A DNA stretch of 64,000 nucleotides from positions 3,596,001-3,660,000 of the forward strand of contig NC_089432.1 in the NCBI RefSeq assembly GCF_026210795.1, given 5' to 3'. Both the position numbers and the translations under genes were made by a program. This document shows positions 11,974-26,327 of this stretch, in pieces. The stretch comes from Rhizophagus irregularis (taxonomy: Eukaryota). The notes below the pieces were generated by a model. It had not been told where the DNA came from and did no database searches. It saw only the letters and a list, made by a program, of their open reading frames with translations. Position 1 is the first letter of the stretch; every line of letters starts with the position of its first letter.

Positions 11974-14900
11974 ATGCACGAAGAAACAGCCCGGAGGCCG
12001 TTCATATCGCGTTCTTTACCTGGTGAACATACCGCACCAAATAGTTTATCTGCTTCTTTACCTAATACAACAACAAATAACTTTTCAGTTCCAACTCAAC
12101 AAGTTAACACCACAACTTCAAATATTTCGTCTCCATCGTCTTCTTCTACTTCCGTTCAAAATAACAACAATAACAACGTTAATAGTACTAATATAGCTGA
12201 AGATAATTTTGCTAAATTGAGAAGAACTCGTAGAAGTCTTTCAACTTCCTATTCGAGTCAAAGTTTACTTAAGAGGTCCCTTTCGATAAAACCTCGTGCT
12301 CAATCAAATCTTTACCCCGCCAATAACAGCAATAGTAACAACAACAGCAGTAACAACTCACCTTCATATCCCCCAACACCTACTGAAAGTGATGCAAGTA
12401 ATAGGTCTTCTTTTGAAGACTTTGATTATTCCTCTCCTAGTACTCCTTTTACAGTAACAAACTCAGGTTCAACTTCTAGTAGTAGTTCTTTAAATTCTCC
12501 TCTCTTAGCTTCTTTTTCATCTTCTGATACTTCACCGATAAACCAAACCGCTTTTCCTTTTTATACAAGAGAGAGACACCATTCTTTATTTGTTCTTTCC
12601 GGAAAATCAAGTAACTCATATTTACAAGGAAATCAACCATTATCGAATACTTCAACGACTAATGGTCAAATTTATAATCCAAACCAAAATTCTTCCTCGA
12701 TTGTACAACCACAATTTTCTACTTCAATATCACAGTCTCCTTCTTCTTCCCTATTACAACAACAACTACATTCAATTTCTTCAGGTTCGAATTCAGTTTC
12801 AACAACGGGGGTTAGTGGTGGTGGAAGTGATTCATCTACTGCTACTTCACTCTGTCAACAAAAATTACCTTTACAACCTATTCAGCGTCGCCCAAGTGGT
12901 GCTAGTTCGCAACTTAAACGTTTGCTAAGTATAAAATCCGAAAATTATCCTTCAAATCCTACTTCATTATATTCAGATTCTGAAACTGATTCTATAGAGA
13001 CTGATTCAGATGCTTATTTTACAAATGACGAACAATCTTTTGTTTTCCCTTCTTCGGTAAAAAGAAGGCCTTCTTTTCAAAGATCTCCCACTCTTAGATT
13101 TTTTCCTGATTTGTCCGTTGATGCTGAAGAAAATCATTTAAGTAATCTACATATTATTGATGAAGGTTCCCCAGAATTTACTATTCCTAAAGTTAAACGA
13201 AAATTATTAAAGGATCTTGAAGAAGCAAAATGTCGTGCTGATAAAAGTATTATGATAATATTAGAAAATTGGTACCAATCACATCAATATCAAGAATTAT
13301 TAAGTGAACTTTTATATGACGGTTGGAGTGATGATGATGATAAACAATCCTCTCATATAGCTATTCGTAGAAATAATTCTCAAAGGACTTTAAGTAAATC
13401 TGTTGGTGGTAATAACAATAATAATAATGAAGAGAATGGTGGTGATATTCAAAATAATAATAATAATTCCACTTTAATTAGTGATACAGACGATGAAGCT
13501 GCTTTACCGTCAAATAATAAAAAATCATTGGTTTCAACAAAATCATCAATATCAAATGCAAAAAATAAACAATTTATGCATAAAATGGAGTCTATGTCTT
13601 TGCATGGTGATGCTAAACCTAAAAATATTCTCTTTAATCAAAGAAAAACATTTGAAAGGAGATTAATTCATTCAAATAGTTGGCCCCCATCTATTTTGAG
13701 TAAGTGTTTTTTTTTTAAATATTTTAAAGTGGATATACACAAAGAGGGGGAGAGTACACAAAAGGAAGGGATTCTCATAATTTATTCACTTTTTTGATAT
13801 TTTAAGGAGATGATTTGATCACCTTTTTGTTGTTGTTTTTTAATTATGAATTGAATTTGTAAGTCGTTAAAATTGAGAAATTTTACTGCTTTAATTCAGG
13901 CAGGTTATGATAAAACAGAAAAAAAATTTCTAAAAAAGGAATTAAAGATTCTCTTAGAAAATAGTTTTTATTTTAAATTTTTCACGGGTTAATGGCACGA
14001 GGAAAAAAAAATTAGAATATTAATGACAACGATTAATTTTTGTTTCTTTTTTACTCTATTATTAGCATCATCACACACTCTCTTGTTGACTCGAATTGAC
14101 CGAATAGCCCGTCGCATTTTAAAAACGGCAGTTCATGATTTATTACATTTTAATGTTGCAGTGGAAATCATGAAAGAATTACAAGAGCTTATGGAATCAC
14201 AAAGAAATATGGCTGTAGGAAATGCGGATGCTGAAGAACTGCTAACGAAGTTAGTTTATGTCTTTGCTGATGTTACAAGAGCCGTAGAAGCAGTTGTAAG
14301 TTATTAAAAATATCGTAATTAATTACATGTTTATACATTTAATAAAAAATTTTTTTTGCTTTTCCTTTAATAGAACCATTCATATGCTGAAACAAACCCG
14401 GAATTATCTGGAGATGGTGCCAACAAAGATGATTTGCCGACTACTGGATCAGAATGGTCCAATTCAAATCCTTCTCCTCTTCCTTCACCTTTACTTCCAT
14501 TGACTCCATCGTCGTATTCACCTCCGCTTTCGTTTATAAACGAAAAAAGAAGATCACAAAATGAAATTACTAATGCAAAATTTAATAGTAATTCATTATT
14601 ACCACCGCAACAACCACCATATAGCTCACCACTAGCACATCACGTCTCTACACCACCAATTACAAGGCAGCATCCATCATTTAGAGCTTCACTTGAACAA
14701 AGGCGTGCATCAGCAAATGAGGCTATATTTGAAAGCCCTATAATGTACGTACCTCCTCCTCGTCCATGTATGGACGATAATTTATTAACTTGGAGTAGCT
14801 TAACTAGAAGACAAGTTGATCAATTGCTTCACGAGGAGATGAACAGAGAAATTGACTATGGCATTATACTTAAAAAACAACAAGAGGATGTTGAACCTGA

Positions 14901-17900
14901 TTCGAGGAAAAAGACTAAAAAGGTAAAGAGATTATTGCTGTTATTATTTATCATAAAAAGACTGCGGTTGGGATTATTGTATCGCCCACCAAATGATATA
15001 ATTTTAACTAAATGTACTTGTATTATTGTTACTTAATTCTTTTTTTTTATATATATAGTCAAGACCAGTTATCAACTTTTTCAAATCATTAAAGAATGCA
15101 TTTCATAGTCCGACATCATCAACCAGTGTATCTCCTACAGGATCTCCTAGTCAATCTAGTCCTATGCGTAATGCGCATTTACCAAGGCCGCCACTACCGG
15201 AAAAATCTCGATCACTTTCTTTTGATTCACATGCTTTCAAAACATTGTCGAGACAAAGTTCTTCAATATCATTGAAAGGTGGCGAAAATCATCATACTCC
15301 TGCCCCTTTAGTAGCAAGTAGTGTACCTAATACGACAAATGCAGGATTTTCAATACCACATGATTATATACTTTGTCGTATTTGTGAAGAAATGATGCCA
15401 AGCCATGAGTTGGATGCACATTCTGAAATTTGCGCAATCACCACAGATTATGCTATTAAATTACAAGAATGTGATGGTAGATTACGTAGGTTATTGGGTG
15501 ATGTAGCTAAAAGAAAAAATGAGATACTGGTATGAATTCATTCATCGTCTTTACTTTATTATCTTTTTTTATTGGGAAATTTAAGTTTAATTTCAAAATT
15601 TTTAGGAGCAAAATAACCCTTATAATGATTATTACAGTGTAAAAGATGCCGATACACTAGGAGAAATTGGCTTAAAGTGAGATGCTCTCTTTATAAATTT
15701 ATAAGTTACCTTATTTTGATTTTTAAAATTTTGAAATATTAAAATATTTTACTATTTTTATAGGGCTGCTGAACTTAAAGAAACATCAAATCGTCGTGAT
15801 ACTCTGCGAAAAATCGAAAAGTATTCAAATAAATTAGGACGATTAGTCGATGAAATGGAAAAAAACGCTAATAGTGATGAAAATATCTCGATTTACGCTA
15901 AGAGATTACTCCACGTGGTAAGTAGCACTTTTTTCAAAAAGAAAGAAAGAAAGAAAAGAAGGGTTTTAAATAATTATTCCTTTTTTGTTAAATTCAGGTT
16001 CAAGAGAAACATGAAACTCTCCGATCCTATTATCAAAAATTACGCTCAACAAGCGCATTGTCGAATGCCGGCACATCATCCGCGATTGCCGCTGCCGCAG
16101 CAGCAGCTGCTGCTGCTACTGCTGGAATTGAAAGAGAAGGTTTACGTATACCAGCAAAAGTTAATAGGAAGCAATCGATGTCAAGTCGTGTTTTATCAAC
16201 TTCAGCAACAAACAAAATGTCGACAAGCTATAAATCAACAAGATCTGATCGTAATCGCAGCAATAGTAGTCATAAAGATGGTAGTACTGCGTCATCTCAT
16301 AAACGACAAGACAGCAACGGTTCAATGTCATACGGTAAGATGCATCTTGAAATCGGTATGATATAATTTTATATTCTTTGTTACATAAAATTTCTCTTTT
16401 TCTTATTAAAGGCAAGGTGATTAACAAATACTTTTTTTTCGTTTACTTAAAATAGATTCCGACATTCCTCCACCACCTCCAAAAGGTGGTAAAAAATTAA
16501 TATCACTTTTTGCAGCGATGTTACGTGGAGGAAATAGTCGTGGTTCAAATCTTAATTCACCCCTTAATAAAGATTCTGTAACACCCAGTACACCAGTTAC
16601 AAATGGAGAAAAAATAGGATCAAAAACTAAAATACCAAGTATACAAGATTTCGAAATTATTAAACCAATCAGTAGAGGCGCATTTGGTAAAGTTTACTTA
16701 GCAAGAAAGAAAACTACGGGAGATCTTTATGCGATAAAAATCCTGAAAAAAGTTGATATGGTACGTAAAAATATGGTAAATCATGTATTAGCAGAACGTA
16801 GGGTACTTAGTCTGTCAAGAACTCCGTTTGTCGTAAAACTTTATTATGCATTTCAAAGTCAAGATTACTTGTACTTGGTAAGTTACTGTGGGAAGTTATT
16901 AGAGATTGCAATTTAATGATTAGTGTATTAACGTGAACTTGTACAAAAATTTTGTTTTTAGGTTATGGAATATTTAATTGGTGGTGATTTGTCATCATTG
17001 CTTCAAAATTTTGAAAGATTTGAGGAAGAAATGGCAAAAATGTATACAGCGGAAGTTGTATTAGCTCTTGAATATTTGCATAACAACGGTATAACACATA
17101 GGGATTTAAAACCTGATAATATGCTTATTACATCGGAAGGACATATAAAGCTGACAGATTTTGGATTATCAAGAATATCTATACCAGAAAAAAGTTCTTT
17201 ATCATTTGTCAAAGAAAGTGATGGCAATGATAAAAAATCGTTTGCAAAAAGTTTAAGATCAGGCAGCATAGATTCGAGGGCGGTTACATCTCATTCACGT
17301 CCAGTATCTGCAGTATTTCCAAATGAAAATCCTAAGAAAGTGGGACATGTGAATTTTCATGGATTAGATAATGGGAAATCTTCACCGAAATCAACAATAA
17401 ATGATAAACCATCGACGAACAATGCATCAAAATTATTCAAAAGACAAACTAGACAAAGTTCTAAAGCTTTATTAGGAACACCAGATTATCTTGCACCAGA
17501 ATTATTACTTGGTATAGGACATACAACAGCTGTTGATTGGTGGTCATTAGGAGTATGTTTGTTTGAATTTTTAGTAGGATATCCACCGTTTAATGACGAT
17601 ACACCACAATCAATATTTAAAAATATTTTAAATCATGATATACAATGGCCACCTGAGGGATTTTTATCAGCAGAAGCAAAAGATTTAATAACAAAATTAT
17701 TAAATCAAGATCCTGAGAAAAGACCTTCATTATCAGAAATTAAAGCTCATCCTTTCTTTAGAGATATTGATTGGGATCATATAAGACAACAACCTGCACC
17801 TTTTGTGCCAAATCCTGAGGATGAACAAGATACGAGTTATTTTGAAGCTCGTAATAATCGAGCTGATATTAGAAGATTATCGTCAGGTAATATTGATGAT

Positions 17901-18689
17901 ATTGCTACGGGAAAAGTAACTACACCAGGAGATCGTAGATCTGGACTATTCGATGATGATGATATTGATATAATGAACGGTTTTGCTAGTGGAAATGGGA
18001 ATAGTAACGGTAGCAATAACAATAATGCGGGAACACCTAATTTGTTATTACATACTGTTACTGCTGAACCGATCGAAAGTCTACCTTTAAATTCAGGTCC
18101 TCCTTCACCCTCTCGACATAAACCTGATTTAACTATTAATACGCATCTTCGAGAAAGACGTCAATCTTCGTTAAAACCACCATTACCTGTAGAAGAAGCA
18201 CAACAAATACCCGTAAAACCACAACAAAAACGTAGGCCTTCTTTATTAAAATTAACAGCAGGTAAATCACGGAAGCCTTCAATTAGCAGTGGTACAAATG
18301 ATGGAGGATTATTATCATCGTGTTCATCGTCCGCGACCCCTATCACATCGACAACACAGCCTGCTTCTGCGTTAGTTTCACCATCAACATTTAATCATTC
18401 AAGACGTTCAACAATTGTCGGATCACCAACGTTATATGATTTAGAACTAAATGCTGGAATGTACGATGCTGATAAATTACATATTGGTAGCCAGCCAAGA
18501 AATACCCGAATCAATGATTCAGACTTTGACGCCTTTGTTTACAAAGGTGTTTCATTTTTGGGCGATGTAAATAGAGATGTATTATCTTCTGGTAATAATA
18601 CTAACAGTAATAGTAGCGTAGGTGGTAGTAATAGTGGTGCTAGTTCTATGAAGAAATCTTCGATCGCTGACCTTAAAGATGCGCATTAA
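11974..18689 (+). CDS. RIM15: Rim15/Cek1/Greatwall-IRE family AGC Ser/Thr kinase (9 exons, ~1895 aa)
   Basis: Exons 11974-13699, 14066-14295, 14374-14922, 15059-15529, 15606-15676, 15764-15917, 15998-16334, 16456-16877, 16962-18689 join in frame (5688 nt). [36 protein letters not shown], a long insert before GTPDYLAPE, a CRICEE..H..C zinc finger, and AGC tail DTSYF / DFDAFVY. Family is secure; strict orthology to yeast RIM15 is inferred. Confidence 0.85.
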
Positions 18690-21391
18690 AAAATTGCATT
18701 ATTAAAAAAAAGTTTATGGAACAATGGACCCTTTGAATCTAAATAATGAGGAACTGAAAAGAAAAAGTTTTGTTAAAAAGGCGGGCCTATCAAAAAAAAA
18801 AAACTCTTGTAATATACAAAAATGTTTCTTTTTATAAACAATTTTTCTCTTTCTTTTGTCAAATATTTTTTTTCTTTCTTTTTTTTGGACTTTTTTTTTT
18901 TTTTTTGTAATTTGGTTATAATGGTGATAGATATATTTCTGTATGTAAGTGTGTGTTACTTGTCCTGTAGTACCTGCCTCTTTTCCACAATTTTTCATAA
19001 ACATCATCACTCTAAAAACAATTTTGTATATCAGTGGTATTAATATTTATTTATCCTTGCATTTCACGTGTTTTTTAATTGAATATCATTAGCTTTTGTA
19101 TTAGTTTTTATTATTGATTTTAGGTATATTAGTAGTTAGTTAGTCATTAGTTATGGATTTGACTTTGATGATAAGAGATTTGTTGAAAAAGAAAGTTTTC
19201 AAAAAAAGCGATAAATAAAAACAGACTTTTTGTAGTATAGCCTGTAATTTTAAAATCAGTAGTTTGTACAATATGCAAGATTATTAAATGATATCTTCTT
19301 CTTTTGATTCATTTTAAGTATATATACAATATATATCGATATATATTTAACAATTCAGTTTGAGGACTGGTATAAAAAATTTTAATGTTGGACAAGGTCA
19401 AAGATCAACATTACATACATATTGCATTGTAAGAAGATATCAGATATAGAAATATACCCGTACTAGTTAATTAGATATGCTTTCCGCCAAGAAAAAAAAA
19501 ATTGTCTGTTTAGAGATATAGAAGAGACAGACCAAAAAGAAGCGAAATTCGGAAGAATCTAAATAGAGCCATGATCCCAAACACCAAATTGACCTAATTG
19601 ATCAGCAGGAAGACAAAGGTATCTGCTATGGATTTTATGGAATTATTACATTTCATAAATAACGGTTATGGGAGTTTTTACTAATAAAATCGAAATAAAC
19701 CCTTTTTGTACAAGAGAGATCCTTGTTATAAAGTAATAAAACAGAACATTTTAGATAAAAACCTTTAATATAAATTGATGGTTAGCAGTTTTTTATTAAA
19801 AGTTAAAATGCGGAATATAAGCTAAATGATATGTCGCGCAATTCAACCTATCACGTGACAATCGCGAAATAAATTAATGAAATAACGATGTTAACGATGT
19901 TAACACGACCATGCACGTAATGCAAAATTTTAAGATCGCGTTATTTAATTTTTACATGAATACTTGACCGACGTCTGACGATTAATAACCTGACAAACAA
20001 GTGAAACAACCATTTACGACTAACCTGTTGTTGTTATGTAATAGAACGCAATTTGCAGGTATTAGGCTTGTAAATCACAATAGTTGCACAGCCATATGAC
20101 AATTATGATGTTCAGCCCGCCGCAGTAAAGGGCGTCTGCAAAACGCCTCTGTAGTCTGTAACTCAATTAATGCACGTGATATTCGTGTTATCGTGTAAAC
20201 CGTGTAAACGCGGCATCGCGGCATATCTAAATTTGGTGATCCCCGTTACACATTTATTTATGTAGTACGAATAGATTAATAATCTAAAGGATAGAGTCTT
20301 TGATGAATCCTTAGTTGATGAGCAGATGGAAAGTGAATAGCAAACATGTACAGTATGGCAGTATGCTAAATTAAATTATTAAATACTACTTTTATACTTT
20401 CTTCATTATCAAAATTTTCTAATTCACTGCCAAATTTTATAACAATTGATTTTTTTTAATTTAACCAAATGAACGTGATAATTCGAAATTATATAAGGAA
20501 TGGATAAGCGATTGAAACCACATTTTTTTTTCTAAAAAAAAAAATTATTTTTTTTCTTATTTGAAACCCTATAATTATAGACTTATAACGGAAAAAAGAA
20601 GGATAGAAAGGGTAATTCGTATCTTAAGTTTCTCAAAATCTCGCCAATCACGCGAATACCCCAGTAAACCAATCATATAATTAATTATTTCTATATTGCT
20701 TAGCCGCGAATTATCTGTTGTGTAAAAGCCTGTGATGTTATATAACATGACGTACTTTTTGGTTTAGTCAAACACATAGTCTTCCAAAATCAGATTATGT
20801 TAGGTTTTTTTTTTGAGGTTCATCATTCTATAGCTAGACTTTAAGCCTGTCTTGTCCTTCCATGCTCCATCCCTTATTTCAATATTATTATTCAGTACAC
20901 TAATTCGTATTTGCCGACCTATCCCTTCCCTTTACTAAATCATCGTACTATTCTTTTTTTCAAAAAAAAAAATAGACGCAAAGGGCCGAAAAAACTTTTA
21001 TTTCTTTTTTGCGAACTTTTTTTTTTAAACCCTTCTCTTTAGACAGAGTAAAATAAAATAAAAAAAAAACTTATATTAAATAATAACGATAATAACAAGA
21101 ACGATAAAAAAAAAGTTCCGCTTCAAAGTTTTATCAGTCTCGTGTTATTTATAGGAAAATATCTTATATTGAGAGTTTACTACTTGTTCATAATTTAGAA
21201 ACTTTTACAAAATTCAAATAAAAGTAGTAATAGTAAGGTTCTTTTTTATAAATCTTACACTCTCATCTTTTTACTTGAGGTTATTATTTATATCTTTTCG
21301 AGACAAAAGAACTTTTATTTTTTTCCCAGTATATTTCAGTGAAACTTAAGTTTATACTAGTAGATTTAGGTTTTACACTTCGAAACTAATA

Positions 21392-24300
21392 ATGAAAAAC
21401 AGCAAAGCTTCAACTTTTAAAGTTGACACAAATATCGTTTCTGAAGGCTGTCAATCACCTTCGCCATCAACGCCAATGTCAGCTTCTATTCCTCTCAACT
21501 CGAGTAAAAAGTCTTCGACATCCTCTTCAAAAGAGAACCTTACTTCTCAATTTAGATTACCTACTGTAGCTAACGTTTCTTTGGCTCCTACCACAACAAC
21601 TACTGTGGTCACAACTACAACTACTACGACAACTTCGTTTCCACCACTAATATTGAAACCACCACCTCTACCAAAACATTTAGATCCTAAAGAATATCCC
21701 CTTGCTGATACTCCCACTCCTCCTGCTTTAAAACGGTTTTGTTTTGATTTAAATGGTCAGCCAGCTTATATTCGCGAGGATGAAGATTCTGAGCAACAAA
21801 TAATCAAGGTTAGGATTTGTTCCAAAATTTAATTATTACTATCAAGTTTACTTTATACCTTAATTGTGATTTCAGAAAAAAAAATTTTTTCTTTTGTTCC
21901 ATGTTTGATGGTATCTGGTATATATCCACAAGAAAAGTTATTTCAAGTTTGAATTTTATTAACTTTAATATTTATTTTATTTTATATATTGATTGTTACA
22001 CAAAATTTTCGCGTTTTTAATATAAAATTTAGCTCCAAGAAGCCCTATATAATATGCGAGCATCCGGGCCCACTACTTCGACATCAAGGACGGTTAAAAC
22101 TAGTACGAGTTCCACTCATCAATCATTTAATGATAATTATTCGGAGACTAAAACTACAGGATCTGGTGCTCGTAAAAGACCCGCATCACCTGACGAGCCT
22201 TCATCGTTTGATTTATCTTCTGCAGGTCAGCAACAGTCAAATAGCAGCAGTAGCGGTTCTCATGGTAGAAATAATTCGCTTTCTCGTAGGTCTTTATCTC
22301 CGCCACATAAAAAAGTTCGTGCAAAAGCTGTTGGTAATTTACCAGAACAAGACAACGAGCTGGCCTCACGACAATTGATGGAATTAGAATTTCGTAATGC
22401 CAGTTCCAACCAAGTAAATATACCAAGAACAAATACCCCGATGAGTAATGTTCAGAGTGAATTGACTCTTCAACCAACTCCTTCCACAATTACTTCTACA
22501 AGGCACTATAATAATAATATATCTGCTTCAAACCTTGGAATGGATACTCCTTCTACTGCAAGAAGCACTCATTCCTCAGCTTTACCGTCACCATCTCTGT
22601 CCCCTATCATTGGAGGTTCTTCCTCAAATGGAACAAATCAATTTGATAATTTCTTTGCTGACCACACGGGCCACGAAGAAGCGGACAGTGATGACATAAC
22701 TGTTGATGAACCTGTGAATCATCATGAAAATTGGAGTGTTCAGCAGACAAATAATATGATGATTGATTCAATTAATACTCCTAGTCTTTGGGATTTGAAC
22801 ACCATGTTGGCCACATTTGATGCCTTACCATCTTCGATGAAATCTTATATGCTTTTCCAACTACTTAGACGTTGTCGTACAAATACCCTTCAATACGTTA
22901 GTAATATTATTTTGCCTGCATTAAGAAAAGATTTTGTTGGAATGCTCCCACTTGAGCTTAGTTTACACATTGTAAGATATTTAGATGCACCTAGTATGTG
23001 TAAAGCAGCTCAAGTAAATAAAAGGTGGAGAAATGTAATAGATGGGGATAGTTTAACATGGCAGCGTCGACTTATGGCAGATGGTTTTGGTGTTGATGAA
23101 TCAGAAGAACAACGTGCTATAGCCGAAAATTGGGGACTTTTACGTTCAATAAATAGTTCACATAATAGAAGCAGGCAACTAGACGGTACCAGTAATAATA
23201 ATGAAAGTGGTACGTCATCTTCTGAAGAAAGGACTGTTGTAGAAATTGATGATGATGACACTGATAACATGAGAATTGTTACAGAAGAGAATAGATTAGA
23301 AGGCTCATCAAGATTAGCTACTACATATAATCTTAATGATAATAATAATATGGCTGTAGATGATATGGATTATATAATAATCGAAAAAAATAATAATAAT
23401 AATGCGTTAGAAATAGATGAAAATGATAATGATGGTTTACAAGATTCATACACACTCTCACCTACAGGTACTGATGAACAATCTTCTTCAACAGGTGTAA
23501 GCTCTTCATTGTTCGTTAATTCTTCAATACAACAAGACAAGGGAAAAGCCAGAGCAGATGGGGATTGGAGTAGTTTTAGAGTGGACGAACAAGAACCTCA
23601 TCAAGATGATGATCGTCCATATGACGGTGACGATAGTGATGTTGACGCAATGTCTCAGGAAAGTAGCGACCGAGCTGAACTTTCTGATGAAAGGCTTCCT
23701 CTACCGCCTTCAGCTGACCACCCTTTTAAAGCTATTTATCGTCGTCATTATCTTATGCGACAAAATTGGCTTCATGGACGTCATAAACACATCTCATTTC
23801 CTGGTCATGGAAATAATGTCGTTACTTGTTTACAATTTGACTCCGACAAGATTATTTCAGGTTCTGATGATCAATGTATCAATGTTTATGAAACCGCTAC
23901 TGGTAGATTGATTAATCGACTTATGGGACATGATGGAGGTGTATGGGCACTACAATATGTAAATAAAACATTAGTATCAGGTTCTACAGATCGAACTGTA
24001 CGTGTTTGGAATCTTGAAACTGGTGAATGTACTCATGTATTTCCAGGACATACTAGTACCGTTCGCTGTCTCCAAATTATAATGCCACAAAATGTTAACA
24101 CTAATCCAAATGAACCACCCATTGTGGAACCACCAATTCCGCTAATCGTTACTGGTTCAAGAGATTCAACTTTGAAAGTCTGGCGTCTACCAAATCTTGA
24201 CTCCGATCCACCATTTCAACCTGCCATCCCTTCATCACCTTCCGATAATACGCAATATGCTGATAATCCTTATTATCTTCGTACACTTTCTGGACATACA

Positions 24301-25149
24301 CATTCCGTTCGTGCTTTAGCGGGTGTTGGTAATACTTTAGTTAGTGGCAGTTATGATTGTTCGGTAAGAGTATGGAACATTATGACCGGTGATTGTGTTT
24401 GGCGATTACACGGGCATCAACAAAAAGTGTATTCCGTTGTACTGGATGCTAAACGCAAAAGATGTATGAGTGGTAGTATGGATGGCACCGTAAAAGTTTG
24501 GAATTTAGAAGATGGAACAAATATATGGACATTGGAAGGTAAATATTGCAAAAAAAAAATTGTATTTATCAAGAAGTCGATTTGAACATTTTTTATTGAC
24601 GTGATTTTTTCAATAGGACATTCTTCTCTTGTTGGTCTTCTTGATCTTTCACATGATTATCTTGTTTCTGCCGCTGCCGATTCAAGTCTCCGTATTTGGA
24701 ATCCCGATGATGGCACATGCAAACATGTTTTAACCACACATTCTGGTGCAATTACATGTTTCCAACATGATGAAAGTAAGGTAATTTCGGGTTCGGATGG
24801 AACACTTCGCATGTGGGATGTCAAGACTGGCCGTCATGTGCGTGATTTATTGAATGGTTTAAGCGGCGTATGGTGAGTTGAACGTTTTAATTAATTTTTT
24901 TTATTTTATTTAAAACTTTTTTAATATTTAATCTTTTATTTTACATTGAACAACAGGCAAGTCAGATTTGATGAACGTAGATGTGTGGCTGCTGTTCAAA
25001 GAAATTCAGTGACTTGGTTTGAAGTTTTAGATTTTGGTGTATACGGAATTGAGGAAGATGGATCACAAGGAAACAGTTGCATGGATGAAAATGGCGTTTG
25101 GGTTGATAGAAGGATAGTCGTACTGAACGGTGGTACTGGTGAAGAATAA
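21392..25149 (+). CDS. CDC4: SCF F-box/WD40 substrate receptor Cdc4/Fbw7 (4 exons, ~1123 aa)
   Basis: Exons 21392-21808, 22033-24538, 24617-24872, 24957-25149 (3372 nt). D-domain (YMLFQLLRRC..LQYV), F-box (DFVGMLPLELSLHIVRYLD..SMCKAAQVNKRW), WD40 propeller with Cdc4 hallmarks VVTCLQFD, GHDGGVWAL, GHTSTVRCL, GHSSLVGLL, LVSAAADSSLRIW. Confidence 0.92.
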
Positions 25150-26327
25150 TAATAGAAAAATTTTAATAAAAATATTAAAAAATTAATATGATGTACTAGT
25201 GTAATGAAATAATGAAATTATTTTATCATAATTTGATAATTTTTGTTAATATTTTAATTACTTACACTAGAAGGCTTCAAGTTATTTATACTTGTTTCTA
25301 TATACAAAGACTTATGAACTTGAAAATTTTTTATCTCAAAATTCTTGACATTTATATTTTATTCATCCTTACTTTTAATTGTTAAATATACTCATCTATT
25401 ACTACTAAGTTACACTAAAAAAAAAAAAAATTTTTTTTTAGAGTATAATATATATAGTTTTTTTGAAAAGTTTGTAAGATATCTATATCTATTCTAAAAT
25501 TATGCATGACTTTTTTATATTTTTTACTTTGAAAGTATACCTTGTATTCTTGTATTTTATATTTTTTCTTATTTTTTTTTACAAAAGCTAGAAAAAAAAA
25601 AGTATTATCTGTGAAAAATTATTATAATATTTATAATTTATGAGAGGTATGATAATTGAAAATAAAATTTGTATTCTTTTTTAATAATTATTTATGTAAA
25701 TATCAAAAAATTTATTTTATTTTAGTACTAGTAACTTTTTTTTTTATTTAGAGTTTTACAAGATGATCTGTATTTGTTTACATCGGGTATAATACTTAAA
25801 AAAAAAAAAATAAACACATTTTTGTGTTTCCAACAGTTTCAACGTAATTGTTATGGTAACTATGGTAACATTTTTTTTACTATTTAACTTTTTAAGTTTA
25901 CGGTAAGGCAATAAACATAAACAATTCCGATTTACAACAAAATTTGGGCAAAAAATATACAGTATATAACCAAAAAAAAGTTTGGAAATATTTTTTTTTT
26001 TTGTAAATGCAAAAAAAAAATATATATTTTGAATAATTACAAAATAATGAATTGTTTCCAAAAGGACTACAATAATAAAAATAATTGATTCTATTATGAC
26101 TTTGAACAATTTGAATAATAATGTCATTTAAATATATATATAATATTAATGAAATGAATAAAATAATTGATCATTTGAATTTCTTCTTCTGAATAAAAAT
26201 AAAAAGGATTGATTAAAAAATATGCATTTGAATTAATAAATTTTTTAGGTTGTCAATTAAAAACCTAATCTCATCATTTGCTTAATTCATTAAACAAAAA
26301 AATTTTTTGTGAAATTTTTTTTTTTAA

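Noticed and set aside
12590..23911. Alternative-frame and antisense ORFs overlapping the kinase and CDC4 (e.g. 12590-12928, 17003-17269, 22154-22489, 23558-23911)
   Set aside because: Shadow ORFs of long real exons, with no recognisable motifs.
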